From assembly GCF_001194135.2 (NCBI RefSeq), contig NC_068984.1, forward strand, positions 11,232,707-11,296,706: a stretch of 64,000 nt of DNA. Reading direction: 5' to 3'. Positions within the stretch are counted from its first letter, which is position 1; every line of letters begins with the position of its first letter. Positions 1 through 14,700 of this stretch are shown here, one piece after another. Position numbers and translations under genes: made by a program. Source of the DNA: Octopus bimaculoides (Eukaryota). The notes below the pieces were generated by a model, which searched no databases, was not told where the DNA came from, and worked only from the letters and a program-made list of their open reading frames with translations.

Positions 1-1048
1 TAAATTTATGAATACTACCATCAGCTGGATGTACAGTGACTTAACAAAAACTAATGATTAAACATTATTTCCATTTATTCAATCACATATGTATCAAATT
101 ATATCTGAATAGAAGATTTTTTTACTCTTTTAAACAGGAAAATTTTTAATTTGCCTAATGCAATTATTGACAGTATCAATAACATTGCATAATTTGAACT
201 TCACTTAATCTAAGAACATTTAACATTAAACATGTGTGTGTTTATAAAGACTAAAAAAGCATTAGACTCATAAAATATTCCTTGTTTTATGTTGAAAAAA
301 ATGTCTTACCTGCAATTAGAGAAGAAATATGACTAAATTGCTGCTTTTACAAAATCTTTATATACACACATACACACACACATACACACACACATACACA
401 CATAGGCACAGGTATGGCTTTATGAATGAGAAGTTTACTTCTCAATCACATGGTTTTGGGCTCAGTCCCATTGTATGGCATCTTAAACCATTCAAAATCT
501 TGCGAGTGGATTGGGTTGACTGAAACCAAAATAATCTCATTGTATGTATTTGTCACAACCTAAGTCTCACTTTTTTGTACTTTGTTGGTTATAAATACAT
601 TTCACTAAATAATTAGGTAGACTATTGATTGGAATAACTATGTATGCATGCATTTTGTATTTCTCTCTCTTGCTTTATTTCAAATACTCATATACATATA
701 TATGTATGTATACTGCTGGAGCATGTTGATACAATCATCAAATTGTATTTCGCCTAATTAATCAAATAGTATTTTATTAAACATTTCCACTTCTCCTTTA
801 AAGATAGCCCAACATCTAACGAACTCTCTTATTTTGTCAAATAGCCTATGTTTTCTGTTATATACTCACTGTTTATATGAATCTGTATATGTTCTTTTCT
901 TTCTTTTCTCATCTTTGTTCTGAGTAAAACTCAAGATTTATTAGTATTTGCTACATAATATTCACTGTATTTCAGTAAATATTCTCTATTAACAATATCT
1001 TTTGTTAAAAAATAAAAAAAATTCCCTTCATTTTATCCCTTGTTACAG

Positions 1049-1083
1049 ATGATGCTTCCAGTACAACATCCACATCACAGCGG
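1049..1083 (+). CDS. MAGI: MAGI exon (xDASSTTSTSQR)
   Basis: ttgttacag|ATGATGCT...CAGCGG|gtatgt. It ends in phase 0, in frame with the next exon. Confidence 0.65.
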
Positions 1084-4000
1084 GTATGTTAAGTTCAATA
1101 CTTCTCCATTCCCCACTCTCACTCTCTCCCTTATTTCTATAATTTTGGTACTACTTAAAGTACCTATCAAGAATTATGATAAAACATACAGGCCAAAGCC
1201 TCTTTCTACTCATTGATGGAAGTTTCTATGGAGTTGAAAAGAGATGCAATGAATTATTGTGAAACAAGATAATGATTTGAGCAAATCAATGATGTCAATG
1301 GCCAAGACAGTTTAATGCTTTGTTCTTCTAATAAATTCTTCTGTTTTATATACTCATTGATTACTCCTTACATGGGTATAAGGACAGAAAGTTATAAGAG
1401 AGGAATTTAATGAGTATATGGATATGAGGACAGCAATCTATAATAGAAGGATTTAGGAAGTATAATTGATTTCTAGGATATTACTGGTATTGTTTTATTA
1501 ACATTAAAATGATAAAAACTCAAGTTAACTTCAGTGGGATTTGAACTCAGAACATAAAGTGTTGTAGCTGAATACTAAATTCTGCTCACACTCCATATCA
1601 CATTTCTTTATTCTATCATTAAGTATATTGTTGATAAAGTATACATGCTATTGTTCTATTCTTTGTAAATGTCTTTATTAGTTCTAACTTAATAGATCTG
1701 ACAAAATGAGATTTTAAAGTTTCTTTTCAAAGAAGTCTTTCAAAGTAAATTTTTTTGTTCTCCTCTCAGTTATCTTAGGAAGTCATAAATATCATAGTAC
1801 CATTTTCAAAGACTTTTTTGCCAATTTATTTCTGTTCTTGTTAAACTTTGGCACTAATTTAAGATGTGTTTTGTAATCTTTTACCAAACAAATTACTTTT
1901 TCTCTGCTTTTCTCTTGAGATGTTTTCTTTCCACAAATCACTCATAGACCAATATCTAATTATTTATTTATTTTGTTATTTTAGAGTTCTGCTGGTTCAA
2001 TGATAAATGCAATGGCATATCCTGCAATCAGTGAGAGTGACATCTCACACAGATCTGACCATTCTCCTTACCATCAACCAACAAATGAACGGTAAGTTAG
2101 CAATTCCCTGCATTATTTCTGTGACTCTGTAATTTCATGTCAATAATTCAAAGTTCATTTATATATCATTAATAAAATGTAAAATACAGATTTATATATG
2201 AGCATTACTACAATTACCAAGAGATGTTGCATACTGTATTTTAACATGTATAAGGAACCCCTTAATTTTGGAAAAAAAGGTTTTGTAAGGGATTATAATA
2301 TTATGCATGTATAAGAAACTCCCAAATTTTTTTAACCTAATTTTTGACAAAAAAGGGTTCCTTATACATGCTAAAATACAGTAGATGTGTGTGTGTGTGT
2401 GTGCTTTTTTTAAACCTTTGTCTATTTAAAGGTTCGTTTTCTCAGATTACAAGGAATTATTCTATCAATAAATGTGAGTGGTCATAATAAGAAAGTGAGA
2501 GAAATATTAAGGGTGGGGGAAGATTAACTAGTAGATTGCCTTGAATTCATCTGTATCATGAGAAGATAAAAATACAGATAAAGATGGAAATGGAGAGATA
2601 GAAATACAAAGATGAGTGAACAGAGAAATGAACAGGAGATGAGGAGAATAGCCAGAAAAAAATGAAAAGAGAAAGTTGAGATAAAATGATTTGAAAGAAA
2701 GATTGAGATGGTATGGGTAAGATAGAAAGAGTTAAGACAAAAATGACAAATGTGAAGGTGGTAAGCTCCTTTTTGTTAGATATGACAATACGACAATTTT
2801 GAGATCTTTCATTGTTTAATTTTCTCCAGGTACAGCACAACACAACATGCTGAGCGTCCAAAAGATATGAGCAGACCACCTCGAATTCAAAATCACCAAG
2901 TAAGTTCATAATTATAATTACTTTATATTTAGAGGCTTTCTTTTAATTTTTTTTTGTTTTTTCATAAAAGCGGTTTTGGAAAAGAATCTTGACAGCTTCC
3001 AGTTTAAAATTACTTTGTGTGTATGTATTTATTATTTTTATTTAAATTTCAGTGCTGTGTACTTAGTATTTTTATGTTATTTATATTAAATTTCAGATTG
3101 CAGTCAGAGCATGGATCATTTCATATATTTATAATTAAAACATTCATATATTTTTGCTTGAGTGCCCAATACACACTAGAATTAGGTAACTAATGTTGCG
3201 ACAGGGAAGAAAACAGGGGTAGCAAACATGAGACTGGAAGAGTGACGGCCTACATAAGAGAAAAAAGAAAGGGCCTGAAGCTGCCTCTTGTATGTATATG
3301 TGTGTATGACAGGGGAAAATAGAGAGAGGAGAGACAGAGAAGATGATTGAATTTCCATTAATGCTTTGAACTTAATGATATAAGAAACAAACAGCAGGAT
3401 AGGCTGAGGTGGAAGAGGAAGAAGTAGAGTGGGGTAAATGATACTAAAGCAGGGAAGAATGTGATAACATTTGGCTGTTGAGTATTTGTGTTTTTTATCA
3501 TAATAGTAATTTGTGTGGAAGTTTAAAAAAAAACATAGCCCTCCAACATGAATCGGTCCATTGATTCATACCTAATATGATAAAAGTACTTTACTGTGGG
3601 CTGTAAAATCTCAGTCAATGTGAAGATATATTGTTAGTGCTTATGTACTAGGTTCAAGTCTCCATTATGTTGTTTCAGCTGTAAAGCTAAGAATATAAGA
3701 CTTCCAAATATTCTTTTCTATTCTAAGCACAAGACTTCCAAATATTGTCAGTGGAGACAAATCAGTACCAATCTCTGCAACAAATTTGACCCCCATAAAG
3801 TCAAAAATATCCATGAGAAGGGAGCATTATAGTTTTAGTTTTTAATTTTAAAATAGGTCATGTTTGCCTTGTTTTAAATATTATCACATTGTCTGACAGT
3901 GGTGGTGGTGGTGGTGGTTTAGCCCAAGGTCAGGTCTGGTTCAGCAGAACTGTGATCAAAAGCAAATATTTATAAGACTGTGCCAATCTAATGAGTCTTT

Positions 4001-7000
4001 AAAACAGGAGGATGGCCACTGCATTTTTTTCTTTTTAGAATATTTTTAAGACTACACTATCCAATGTGTCCTTCCTATTTTTAAAATAGGAAGATGTGAT
4101 TTTGGGGGCACTTAACTGTTATTTCTAACTACTATGCAAAGGCTCCCTCATTGTCTTATCTTTAGGAGACATTTATGATAATGATCTTCATTCCTGAATG
4201 TAGTGGATATATTTACAATGTTAGTGGCAAAGAGCATTAGGTGGAAACAGCAGTAAGGGTTAAAGAAAGGAATAGTGGAAATAGTTTTTCTAGTTTGATA
4301 GAGGTTTGTTATTGTTTAGGGGGTCTACCAGGCATGCAAGTAAAGGAATAAACATGTCATTTTCAAGTTGACTTAGAATAAATTGAATGCCATGCAACAA
4401 CCAAAATATGGTTTTTGTGTAAATATTGTGTATGACCTGTGGCTATAACATACATTGCCTTAGCTTGGTTGATAACTTCTGACATAGGTACAGAGTCAGA
4501 ATATATTTACTTATGATGCAGATTATCACTAGTTTCTTTAAATTTACTGTTCATTTTATTACCAATTAATTTGTATGAATGGGAAGCTCAAGAAGATATA
4601 TATCTCTAAATAATAAAGATTTTTTTTTAGTGAGGAACTCTTTAAGCAGTCATTTGACCTGCTAGAAAAAGCAGTCAAACCTCTCTTAAATCATGCCCAG
4701 CCATCTTTAAAAAATGACTGCAATGTCTTTCATTTTAGGTAAGCTTAGTTTAGGACTGGCCTGGAGCTTCGCAGTAACAATAAGTTCTTACCTAGGCATG
4801 GAAACAAATATTTGGTTGAATTTATTTATTCTATCAATCCCTCAAAGATAGAATATGAAATACCCCCACCCCCCACCCCAGCAAGGTAAGAACTCAAACA
4901 ATGGATGGATGAAACTAAATGTTTTGTAGCAATCCATCTGGATTTTGTTTTGTAACAATGTCACTTTACAACCCCAATTATTTAACATTTTATTGAACTG
5001 TAAAATCTGACAGAATGTCAAAAGTGATAAGATATAGAATGTTATGTTTAAGCTGCCTCATTGGCCTTGTAATTATTCATAATGTTATGTTGAACTAGAA
5101 TCTCAAGTAGTAGCTATAAAACATGATCACAAACATGAAACATATGTATCAATGAACTGTTGGGTGACCAGAAGACATACAAATGTCCTTGACTCAACAA
5201 AGGTTCCAATGTGTTTTAGGTGTAGCTGTGTGGTAAGAAGTTTGCTTCCCAACCATATGGCTTCAGGTTCAGTCCCATTGTGTAGCACCCTGGGCAAGTA
5301 TCTTCTACTGTAATCACAGGCTTACCAAAGCCTTGTGAGTAAATTTGGTAATTGGAAACTGAAACAAGCCCATTGTGTGTTGGTGTGTTTACATCTCTGT
5401 AAATTAGCAATTTGGCAAAAGAGATTGGTTGAATAAACACAACTAAAAATTGAAGGTGGGTGCCCCAGAATGGCCACAGTCTAATGACTGGAGCAAGTAA
5501 AAGATAAAAGATAAACATAATAAAAAATTTCTAATGAATGTTACTGTTAAGATGGTTAGTAGACTCAATCCAAACTTAATCTGTTGTTTGGTTTAATACC
5601 ATCTTTGGTGTGATCAGTGGAATTCAATTTGTTACAAGTATTTGAACCAGCTGTCCAGGAGATGGGCACAAGTAAGCAATAAAGCATTATTCAGATTAAT
5701 ATCTCATCTAACTTATATTAACCATAAACCTTTTGTATTGCTTACAAAAACAGTTAAGACTTTTTTTTTATTAACTGGCAAATTAGCAGTTAATTGTAGA
5801 TCTGTTTATCTGTCTAAATATTCAGTAAGACAGACCTAAAATAGATCTTTCATGTAAGAACTATGTAAAACATAGATTTGATATTCTGACAATTCTTTTC
5901 TATTTTTAACTACTTTCAATAGCAAGAGTAAATAAACTTGTTTTCAAATATAAAATTACTCATGAAAAATATAAATAAATTAGAAATCTATTAATAAAGA
6001 GTATTTTTAAGTTAATGAATTATACATTTTCATTACATATCTAATAAAGAAATAAGTAGTTTGGTTCTAGCCAAATATGTACAAAATGTAGATTAAAGCA
6101 AATTTTGTTTTAAAAGATTGTGTTAGCCTTGCTTAGTAAAGTGTCGATTTAACTTTAATTGAAAATAGTTTTGTTAAATATTATACTTATTACATATTTG
6201 TTTTGTTCTTGTATGAACGTTTCTCTCTTAAACTAGTTATTTGTCCTGATTTTCCTATTTGTTTTTTAATTTAACCACAAGAAAGAGGATCATAATATCA
6301 AACTATAGGTATATTTTTATCTCATAATTAATCAGTTTCTAACGAGCATTTCAACATTTCCAAATTATTTGTGAATGTAAGAATTTTTTTTACCAGGTTT
6401 CACTTTAAATCACTTTGTATTATTATATTTCATTAAAACTGCCCAAGTTTATATGAATTCATTAGATTTAATAACATTTGAATACATGAGTATAAAAATG
6501 AAAACTATATTGGTTACATGACTTTCTAAGCACCAACTACAATTCCATCATCACTATCTTCATTGCTTGACATAGTTCATATTTCTAAAGCTGAGGTGTT
6601 GTGCCCTACTTGCTTTACCATAGAGAAAGACTAAATGGAATCTCAGAGTATTGTCAACTAAACTATCATATCTTTCATCAGTTTATTCAAATCTTAATCT
6701 TGTGAAATATAGCCTCTGTTATCTCACCTTTATCATCATCTGATAAACTTTTGATGAAACAAATCTTCAACAAAGATTTATAGTTGAAACAATTTCACTG
6801 TAATCTTTGTCCTATTTCTGATGTCTAATCATCTAAACCTTGATCTGGTGATGTTTGGGGGCTCAAGCAGACTGACTTAGTCTCAACACAGCCCATTAAA
6901 TGTTATGAAAATTTTTCATTTTCAATTCTCATACACCAGCAATAAATGAAATATTTTTCTTACAACGTTATAGTGATTGTTTGATAAAATATCATTTCTT

Positions 7001-9321
7001 CTTTAATTATGTATTCTACTCAACAAAGCACAAGCTGGTGTATGGTTAAAAAGTTCACTTCCCAGCTACAAGGTTTCAGGTTCAATATCACTGTGTGGCA
7101 CTATAGATTTGAGCCAATCAAAGCCTTAAGAAGCCGAATGTGTGGGTGGGGGTGGATGTGTGTGTCTCAACACCATGTAATAGTTATAAATGAATACCAC
7201 AGTCATCCATGCAATGTCCCCCACCCCCACCCATTGTCAGTCTTCCTTGAAAACTGGTGCGAGGAAGAACATCTGACCAAATCTGCCTTAGCAGTTTCCA
7301 TCTGATCCATGCAACCATGGAAAAGTGATCATTAAACTGATAATTATGATGATGAATTCATCTTTAATAAATTCATTTCATTTCATTATAATCCTGTTTT
7401 TGTACAGAGCTCTGATATTTGCATGACGAACAAATAAGAATTATCTAAAAGCCTTGCAACACTTTGTGGAATCACAAAAATCAAGTGAAATAAAAGTGTT
7501 GTTATTTTGTTTTAATGGAGTCTCTCATTGCACAGATTTTAGTGATTCTTCAGTTTAATGACTTTTATTATTCTGGCTATCTTGAAAATGTTTTAGCAAC
7601 TATGTTACTTTATTTAAAATGAAAAGATTATTACAAAACACGTATAGTTGTTAGCATACAATTCAACAATATAGAGACACACACACACATATTGATGTTT
7701 GTTTTATGTCAAGCTATATTTAAAAACTGTTTAACAATAAACTGAAGGATTACTCAATACTCTTTAGTAGAGTACATATTAATTTTTAGAAGGAACAGGC
7801 TGATAGTGACTTTGAGGTTTTGTGCCGCTCACCTTCATTAGACTGAAACTTCAAAGTCACTGTCAACTTTTTCCTTGTAAAAGTTTTATATATATATATA
7901 TATNNNNNNNNNNNNNNNNNNNNNNNNNNNNNNNNNNNNNNNNNNNNNNNNNNNNNNNNNNNNNNNNNNNNNNNNNNNNNNNNNNNNNNNNNNNNNNNNN
8001 NNNNNNNNNNNNNNNNNNNNNNNNNNNNNNNNNNNNNNNNNNNNNNNNNNNNNNNNNNNNNNNNNNNNNNNNNNNNNNNNNNNNNNNNNNNNNNNNNNNN
8101 NNNNNNNNNNNNNNNNNNNNNNNNNNNNNNNNNNNNNNNNNNNNNNNNNNNNNNNNNNNNNNNNNNNNNNNNNNNNNNNNNNNNNNNNNNNNNNNNNNNN
8201 NNNNNNNNNNNNNNNNNNNNNNNNNNNNNNNNNNNNNNNNNNNNNNNNNNNNNNNNNNNNNNNNNNNNNNNNNNNNNNNNNNNNNNNNNNNNNNNNNNNN
8301 NNNNNNNNNNNNNNNNAAATGTTCAATAATAATGAAATCTGGGGATTGTAGTGGCCAGATAAGATGTTCAACTTCACTAGAATATTCCTCATGCCACTCA
8401 GTAACAACTTTAGCTGTGTGAATTGGTGCATTATCATCCCAAAAGATTGCATTTCCCTCCAGAAACATTTCTGCAACCATAAGATGAATTTGATCAGGTA
8501 AAATGCTTAAATAGTCTTGACTATTAGTTCTGCCATTGGGCTGGCAGATTTCCAAGATATAGCTCCTCCAGATCATCACAGATCCTCCTCCATGTTTAAC
8601 AGTTGGAAGAAGGCAGTCTGGGTCAAATGCTTCATTTGGTTGTCTCCACACGTATACTCAGCCGGTGGTTGGAAATAAAGTAAAGGATGACTCGTTGGAG
8701 AAAATAACATTCTTCCACTGCCCTAGAGACCAATTCTGTAGGTTTTTACTCCACTCTAAATGCGTTGTAACGTTTGTTTTTGAAAGTAGTGGTTTTCTGA
8801 TTGCAGCCCTCCCATGAAATCCTGCTGAACAGTTTTTGTGGAAACTGGGTTCTCAGGGTGGTCATTAAGCTCTACAGTAATTTTGGTAGATGTACTTTTG
8901 TGATCCTTTCTAACAATTCACATAAGAGTCCAACGATCCCTATCTGAAAGTTTTGGTTTTCTTCTGGAGTTTTGTTTTGACAAGGAGGTTTTTTCCCTCT
9001 TTCTCAAAGGCTGTCATTACTTTCGAGACAGTACTTCTTGATACACCAAAAATTTCGGCTGTTTTCATTACGCTAGTACCTGCCATACGAGCACCAACAA
9101 TTTGACCTCTTTGAAAGTCCGATAGATCTGTCATTTTAATGAATTTTAATTGCCTTTTTCTGATGATATCTGAAGAGAAACAGCAATTTTAGTAAAACAT
9201 ATTAAGTAACACTAATAATAAATCAAAAAAACAAAAATAAACAAGCTTTTGATGGTTTTATAGATATTTCAAAGTTATGATGCTATGTGTTTCCATTATT
9301 TTGTTCAACCCCTATATATAT

Positions 9322-9372
<51 letters not shown>

Positions 9373-11736
9373 TGCTTGGTGTACGTTTTTACCTTTTATT
9401 TTTTATTAACAGAAAGTTACAAAAGTGACTCAGGGCTTGATTGTTTTGTGTATGGCACTTACCAAACTTTGATAAGTGCCATGCACAAAACTCTCTGTCT
9501 TTAAGTCACTTTTGCAACCTTTTGCCAATTAAAACAAAAAGATAAAAAGAAGCATATATTCATGTATTCAGTTCTGTTTCTCCTGTTTGTTTTATCAGAC
9601 CAACGTATATCTGTGTGTGTGTGCATGCATGCATGCGTGTATGTACAGACATACTTGCAAAGGAGAGAATGTAGTTAGTTGGTTTACATGCTCTACATAC
9701 TTTAAAATGCACAAAACATGTTTGTGGTGGAGTATGCAATGTCTGCTGTATAATTAGCTGTATACACATACGCATATTTACAAATGGGGACTTTTATACC
9801 AATTAATGAAAAAGTCAGCATTTTGCTTCAACTGGTGCTTAATCATTCAAAAGTACTCTCAGACCCAAATAATAACCGGAATAAAATAATTCAGTTATAT
9901 ATTATACATTTATTTTGTTGACTGATATTTGAATTTGTCTTAGTTTACAAACAGGAGCCAATGGAAATAAATATAAGATTGTCTCTCATCACATCAATGT
10001 TATCATTATCATCAATGTTACATCATTTTGTCTTCATCTTCATTATCATTCATGTCATAAACTTTATCTTTGCTGTCATAATCCTCATTTTATTTCTATA
10101 AATTTATTTTGATATTTGGTACCTTTTTGCGGTGAACTTACTTCACACCTGTTAATATTCAGTTTTCAAATGTTGCTCTATTTTGTTAATTGAACATGAG
10201 AAGATAGCAACCGTTCTTTGGACTTCTATTTTAGCATGCTTTTCTCACCAACAAGAGAGAGGGATATCCAGTGTAAGGTAGGCGCCTGGATTTTAGTCCA
10301 AGAAGAAAACTTATGACTCAGCTTCAACAGCATGCAGATTAGTTCTTACGTTGCGTAATTTGCGCATGGAAAACATCAACTGCTTTCTATCCTTTACTTT
10401 CCTTGTTCCTGTTTTAATGTCAATCATTTTAAGAATCACTGATAAATCAAAAGTGATTTTGAATAAAAAAAAACTAAATTCATCAATTCTTAAGAAATTA
10501 CCAATATAATTTTTAATGTGGACAAACCATAAGCAACAAAGTCATTCTCATAATTACATATGATTTCCCTGCATTTAATATAAAATGGTTCAGTGCATAT
10601 ATGCTGCATAATAAAATTTAAAGGAAATAATTCATTCTCTATTTGTAATAATATAGGCTGTTGTGTTTTTAATATATTTGAACTAAATAATATTTGTTAA
10701 AATTAAGAAATTATTAAATTGGATTTTTTTTTTTTTTTTACATATCTTCAATATTCTGTAAATATAAAAATGAAACTTAAAGTAATTGAAACAAGATCTA
10801 CATTAGCCAGTCCAGATTGTAGTGAATAATTTAATAAAAATGATTATTGTATCATTTAATTAACAATGTCCCTTGTGCTGGAAGATTTATGAAAACCAAT
10901 GCTTGAGAAAAAAAAAAACTAGCTTATATAATAAAGAATCAATATAATTATTCGAAGTAAAGGAATAATACATAATTACCATATTAGCAACCTGGTGAGA
11001 ATTAGCAGGTTTTTTAGAGAATAACATTTTGTTCATTCAAAATTTTTTTTTTTTCATTTCACATTGAAACAGGGAAGGAGAGTAGAAAGTTGTAATGTTC
11101 ATGCCTTTTTAAAATGTGTTAGGAAAATAATAATTAAAAACTATAAAAAAAGAAAAAAACAAAGGAGGCCTAAATTAGTTTTTGTTTATAACTCATCAGT
11201 TAATTCTTTTCTCTTGCATCCAACACTCTAAAAATCCTTTATTGTTTAGTTGTATTAATTACTGGTGCAAATGTTTTTAAACTGGTTGGTCTCTGTTTGG
11301 TGGAAGCATTAGCTGTTTCTCAGCTAGACTGACTGAAAACAGCAAATATGTAATGACATTTTAGAGTACAGTAAATTAACTAAATTAAACTGTTGTCAGC
11401 TTAATTAGCTGCAACAATTCTTCATGCTAAAATTTTCCTGAAGAAATCATTCTATTGTTACTTTTCTGTTAACTTCAGTTAACAATAAAATTGCGAAGTG
11501 GACATCATACCTGAACTATGAGAATGTGAAAACTTGTAATATAGATTAAATATGCACATTTCTCAGCTGCTTCGGTGTAACCATACTCAGTAGTTCATTA
11601 CATTATATAATATAATGTTAGAGGAGGACTTTTTTTATTTTCTTCTTGAGAACTATCCAACAAAATTTCATCTCAGAACATCTTTAGAAAATAAATACGA
11701 AAAAGCAGTTTAGTGGTTTACTATTTCTGTCACTCA

Positions 11737-11774
<38 letters not shown>

Positions 11775-14700
11775 CGATGATAACAATAACAAAAGTTTCT
11801 AATTTAGGCACAAGATCTAAATTAGCATTTCTTCCCATGCCCTGATAATTCTGCCAGCTTGCCACCTTTTAATAATAATAATAATAATAATAATTATGAA
11901 GAATTACAGCAGTAATGATTTCTTCATATGTACACAGTGTTTTCAAATATGACAGTAAGCAATTGTTCTCAAAATGGTTTCAGAAGTTTTGCTTCACAGC
12001 CATCTAATTCTGGCTTGAATTCCACTGCATGTCATCTTGGATATGTGTCTTCTACTACGTGTTGACCAATGCCTTTCTCATTGGTATTTGGAAGACAGAA
12101 ACTGCAAAAGGCCATCCATTTTACATATGATTCATATACATATACATCATGCACACCACACACACACACACACACACATATATTTAAATCAGTTCCTCTC
12201 ATCTTTCCCTTCCCCCCCCCCTAGAATCCTTACACCCTCTCTCTTCTCCTTCAATTATAGGGAGTCACTTTAGGCACTTAATATTATAAAGTTACAAGGT
12301 GACCTCATTGCCACTGGGACCATGAAAAAATTATGCAGTGCAATCTAAAGCAGTCGGCATTAGGCAAGGCATCCAGTTGTAGAAACCATACCAAAGCAGA
12401 CTTTGTTATCAGCCAAGACTTACTCTGGTTCTATGATACAAACTTTCTGTTTTAAAATGATCTAAGTTAAACATTTTCCATCAATATTATTTTACTAAAT
12501 TCTTTATTATTTTCAAAATTAATTGAAACAAAAGGCAGCTTATTGTGTCAAAAAAATAAATATGGTGTCGAAAGAGTTAATTAGTCATAGCCATGGGCCT
12601 GAGAACAGGGGGTGCAAGTGCACCCAGTAAAACTGTTGTGGGGTGCAAAATCAAAATTTGTACCCCTACTTACTTTTGTCAGGTTTAGAAAACATTGAGT
12701 AAAAAGTGATCTATAAAAAGTAGCTTGAAGATAGATTTCTTCTCAAAGAACATGAATAAATAAAAAAAAAACATGACCTTATCTGTAAAAATTTGGGGGT
12801 TTGCACCCCCTAAACAAATTTTGTTCCCAAGCCAGTGGTTGTAACAACTTTTCATGTATACCTGTCAGTTATATGACACTAAGTGAAGGCACGTGGCTTA
12901 GTGGTTAGGGCATTCGACTCACGATTGTAAGGTCATGAGTTCAATTCCCAGCAACGTGCTGTGTCCTTGAGCAAGACACTTTATTTCATGTTGCTCCAGT
13001 CCACTCAGCTGGCAAAAATGTGTTGTACCTGTATTTCAAAGGGCTGGCCTTGTCACGCTGAATCTCCCCACATGTACGTTAAGGGTACACGTGTCTGTGG
13101 AGTGCTCAGCCACTTGCACATCAATTTCTCGAGCAAGCTGTTCCATTGATCATATCAGCTGGGACCCTCGTTGTCATAACCGACAGAGTACTCCTACATA
13201 TGATACTAAACTAGAAAGCAAAACTCCTGTTTTCTGAAATATCTCTCACTAAAAATCTTCCATCAATGTTTGCAAGTTTATTACTGTGAATATTTCTATT
13301 TTCTGTTTTGTAGTGTTTGCACTTGTTTGGCGAGAGTTGACTCAGTCTGTGATCATGTGTGAAACTGTAACAAATAAATCAATGAAACGGTTACAATAGA
13401 GTAGCGTTTCCCAACATTTATTACCCTTGCAGAACTCTTAAAATACACATTGAAATTACCATATTTAGCAGTGAATTGGTAGACTCATTAGAGCATCAAA
13501 TAGAATAAAAAAGAAAAATTCCCTTCTCGAGCTCTATAAACTCATAAGGGCCAGTTTTCTGATTTCCGTGGTTATATGTATTTACCCACCTGGATGGGAC
13601 ACCAGTCCATCACAGGATTTCTCATTTTTGTCAGCTGTGTGGTCTGGAGCAACATGAAATGAAATTATTTGCTCAAGAACACAATGCATCACCCAGTCCA
13701 GGAATTGAAATCACAATCTTAAATTCATGAGTCCAACACCTTAACCTCTAGGCCACACACCTCCACGTCAAATAGAATGCCTTGTAATATTTGCTCCAAC
13801 TCTCCCAATGTCACCCTTTCAAGGTCAATAGAATAGTTCCAATCCAAGGTGGACTGTAAGAAAATTGGACTCAGTCATTTGTCATTATCTCCGTGAGGCC
13901 CAGCGCTGAGAAAGTGCTTTTTACGTGCCACCAGCACAGGTGCTAGCTACGCAACACAGTTATCAATCAAATTGCCTCCATGAGGCCCAATGTTTGAAGA
14001 TCATGCTTCATCACCTCATCCTATGTCTTCTTGGGACTCCTTCTTCCACTGGTAGAGATCAGCATTTCTTCACACAGCTGTCCACATCCATATATATCAC
14101 ATGACCGTACCAACACAGTCGTCTCTCTTGCACACCACACCTTATGCCTCCTGTGCCCAACTTTTCTCTCAAGACATTTACACTCTGTCGTGCATGCACA
14201 CTGACATTACACATCCAACGAAACATACTAGCTTCATTTCTTTCAAGCCTACGCATTTCCTCAGCAGTCACAGCCCATGTTTCACTGTCATGGTTGTTTG
14301 CACACAGGAATCATACAATCTGCCTTTCACTCTGAGGGAGAGGCCCTTTGTTACCAACAGAGGTAGGGGCTCTCTAGAACTTTGCCCAACTTATTCTTAT
14401 TCTAGCAGCTATGCTGTCAGAGTATCCATCCCTGCTACTGATTTGATCACCTAGGTAATGGAAGCTATGAACTACTTCTAGTTTTCTCCACTAGCATTTG
14501 ATGGAGTCCATTTTCTGTACATTTTTAATTGTACCTGTGCACAAAAATACCTTTATCAATCCTTTTCTTGAATTTGCATATGAATAGTCTATTTATCACA
14601 GAACTCCTAGCAACCTCTTGTGGAACCTTGGGGTTCTGGTTGGGAAATGTCACAGCAAAACATTAAAAGTAAATTTAATCAAACAAAAATGTTTTTATGA

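Noticed and set aside
2556-2909. 117-aa hydrophobic minus-strand ORF
   Set aside because: It is the antisense of a purine-rich low-complexity tract and of a real MAGI exon. The same applies to most short F/I/L/Y-rich ORFs in the track.
7822-8476. Long ORFs full of X
   Set aside because: Artefacts of the N gap. Only the Tc1 portion is real.
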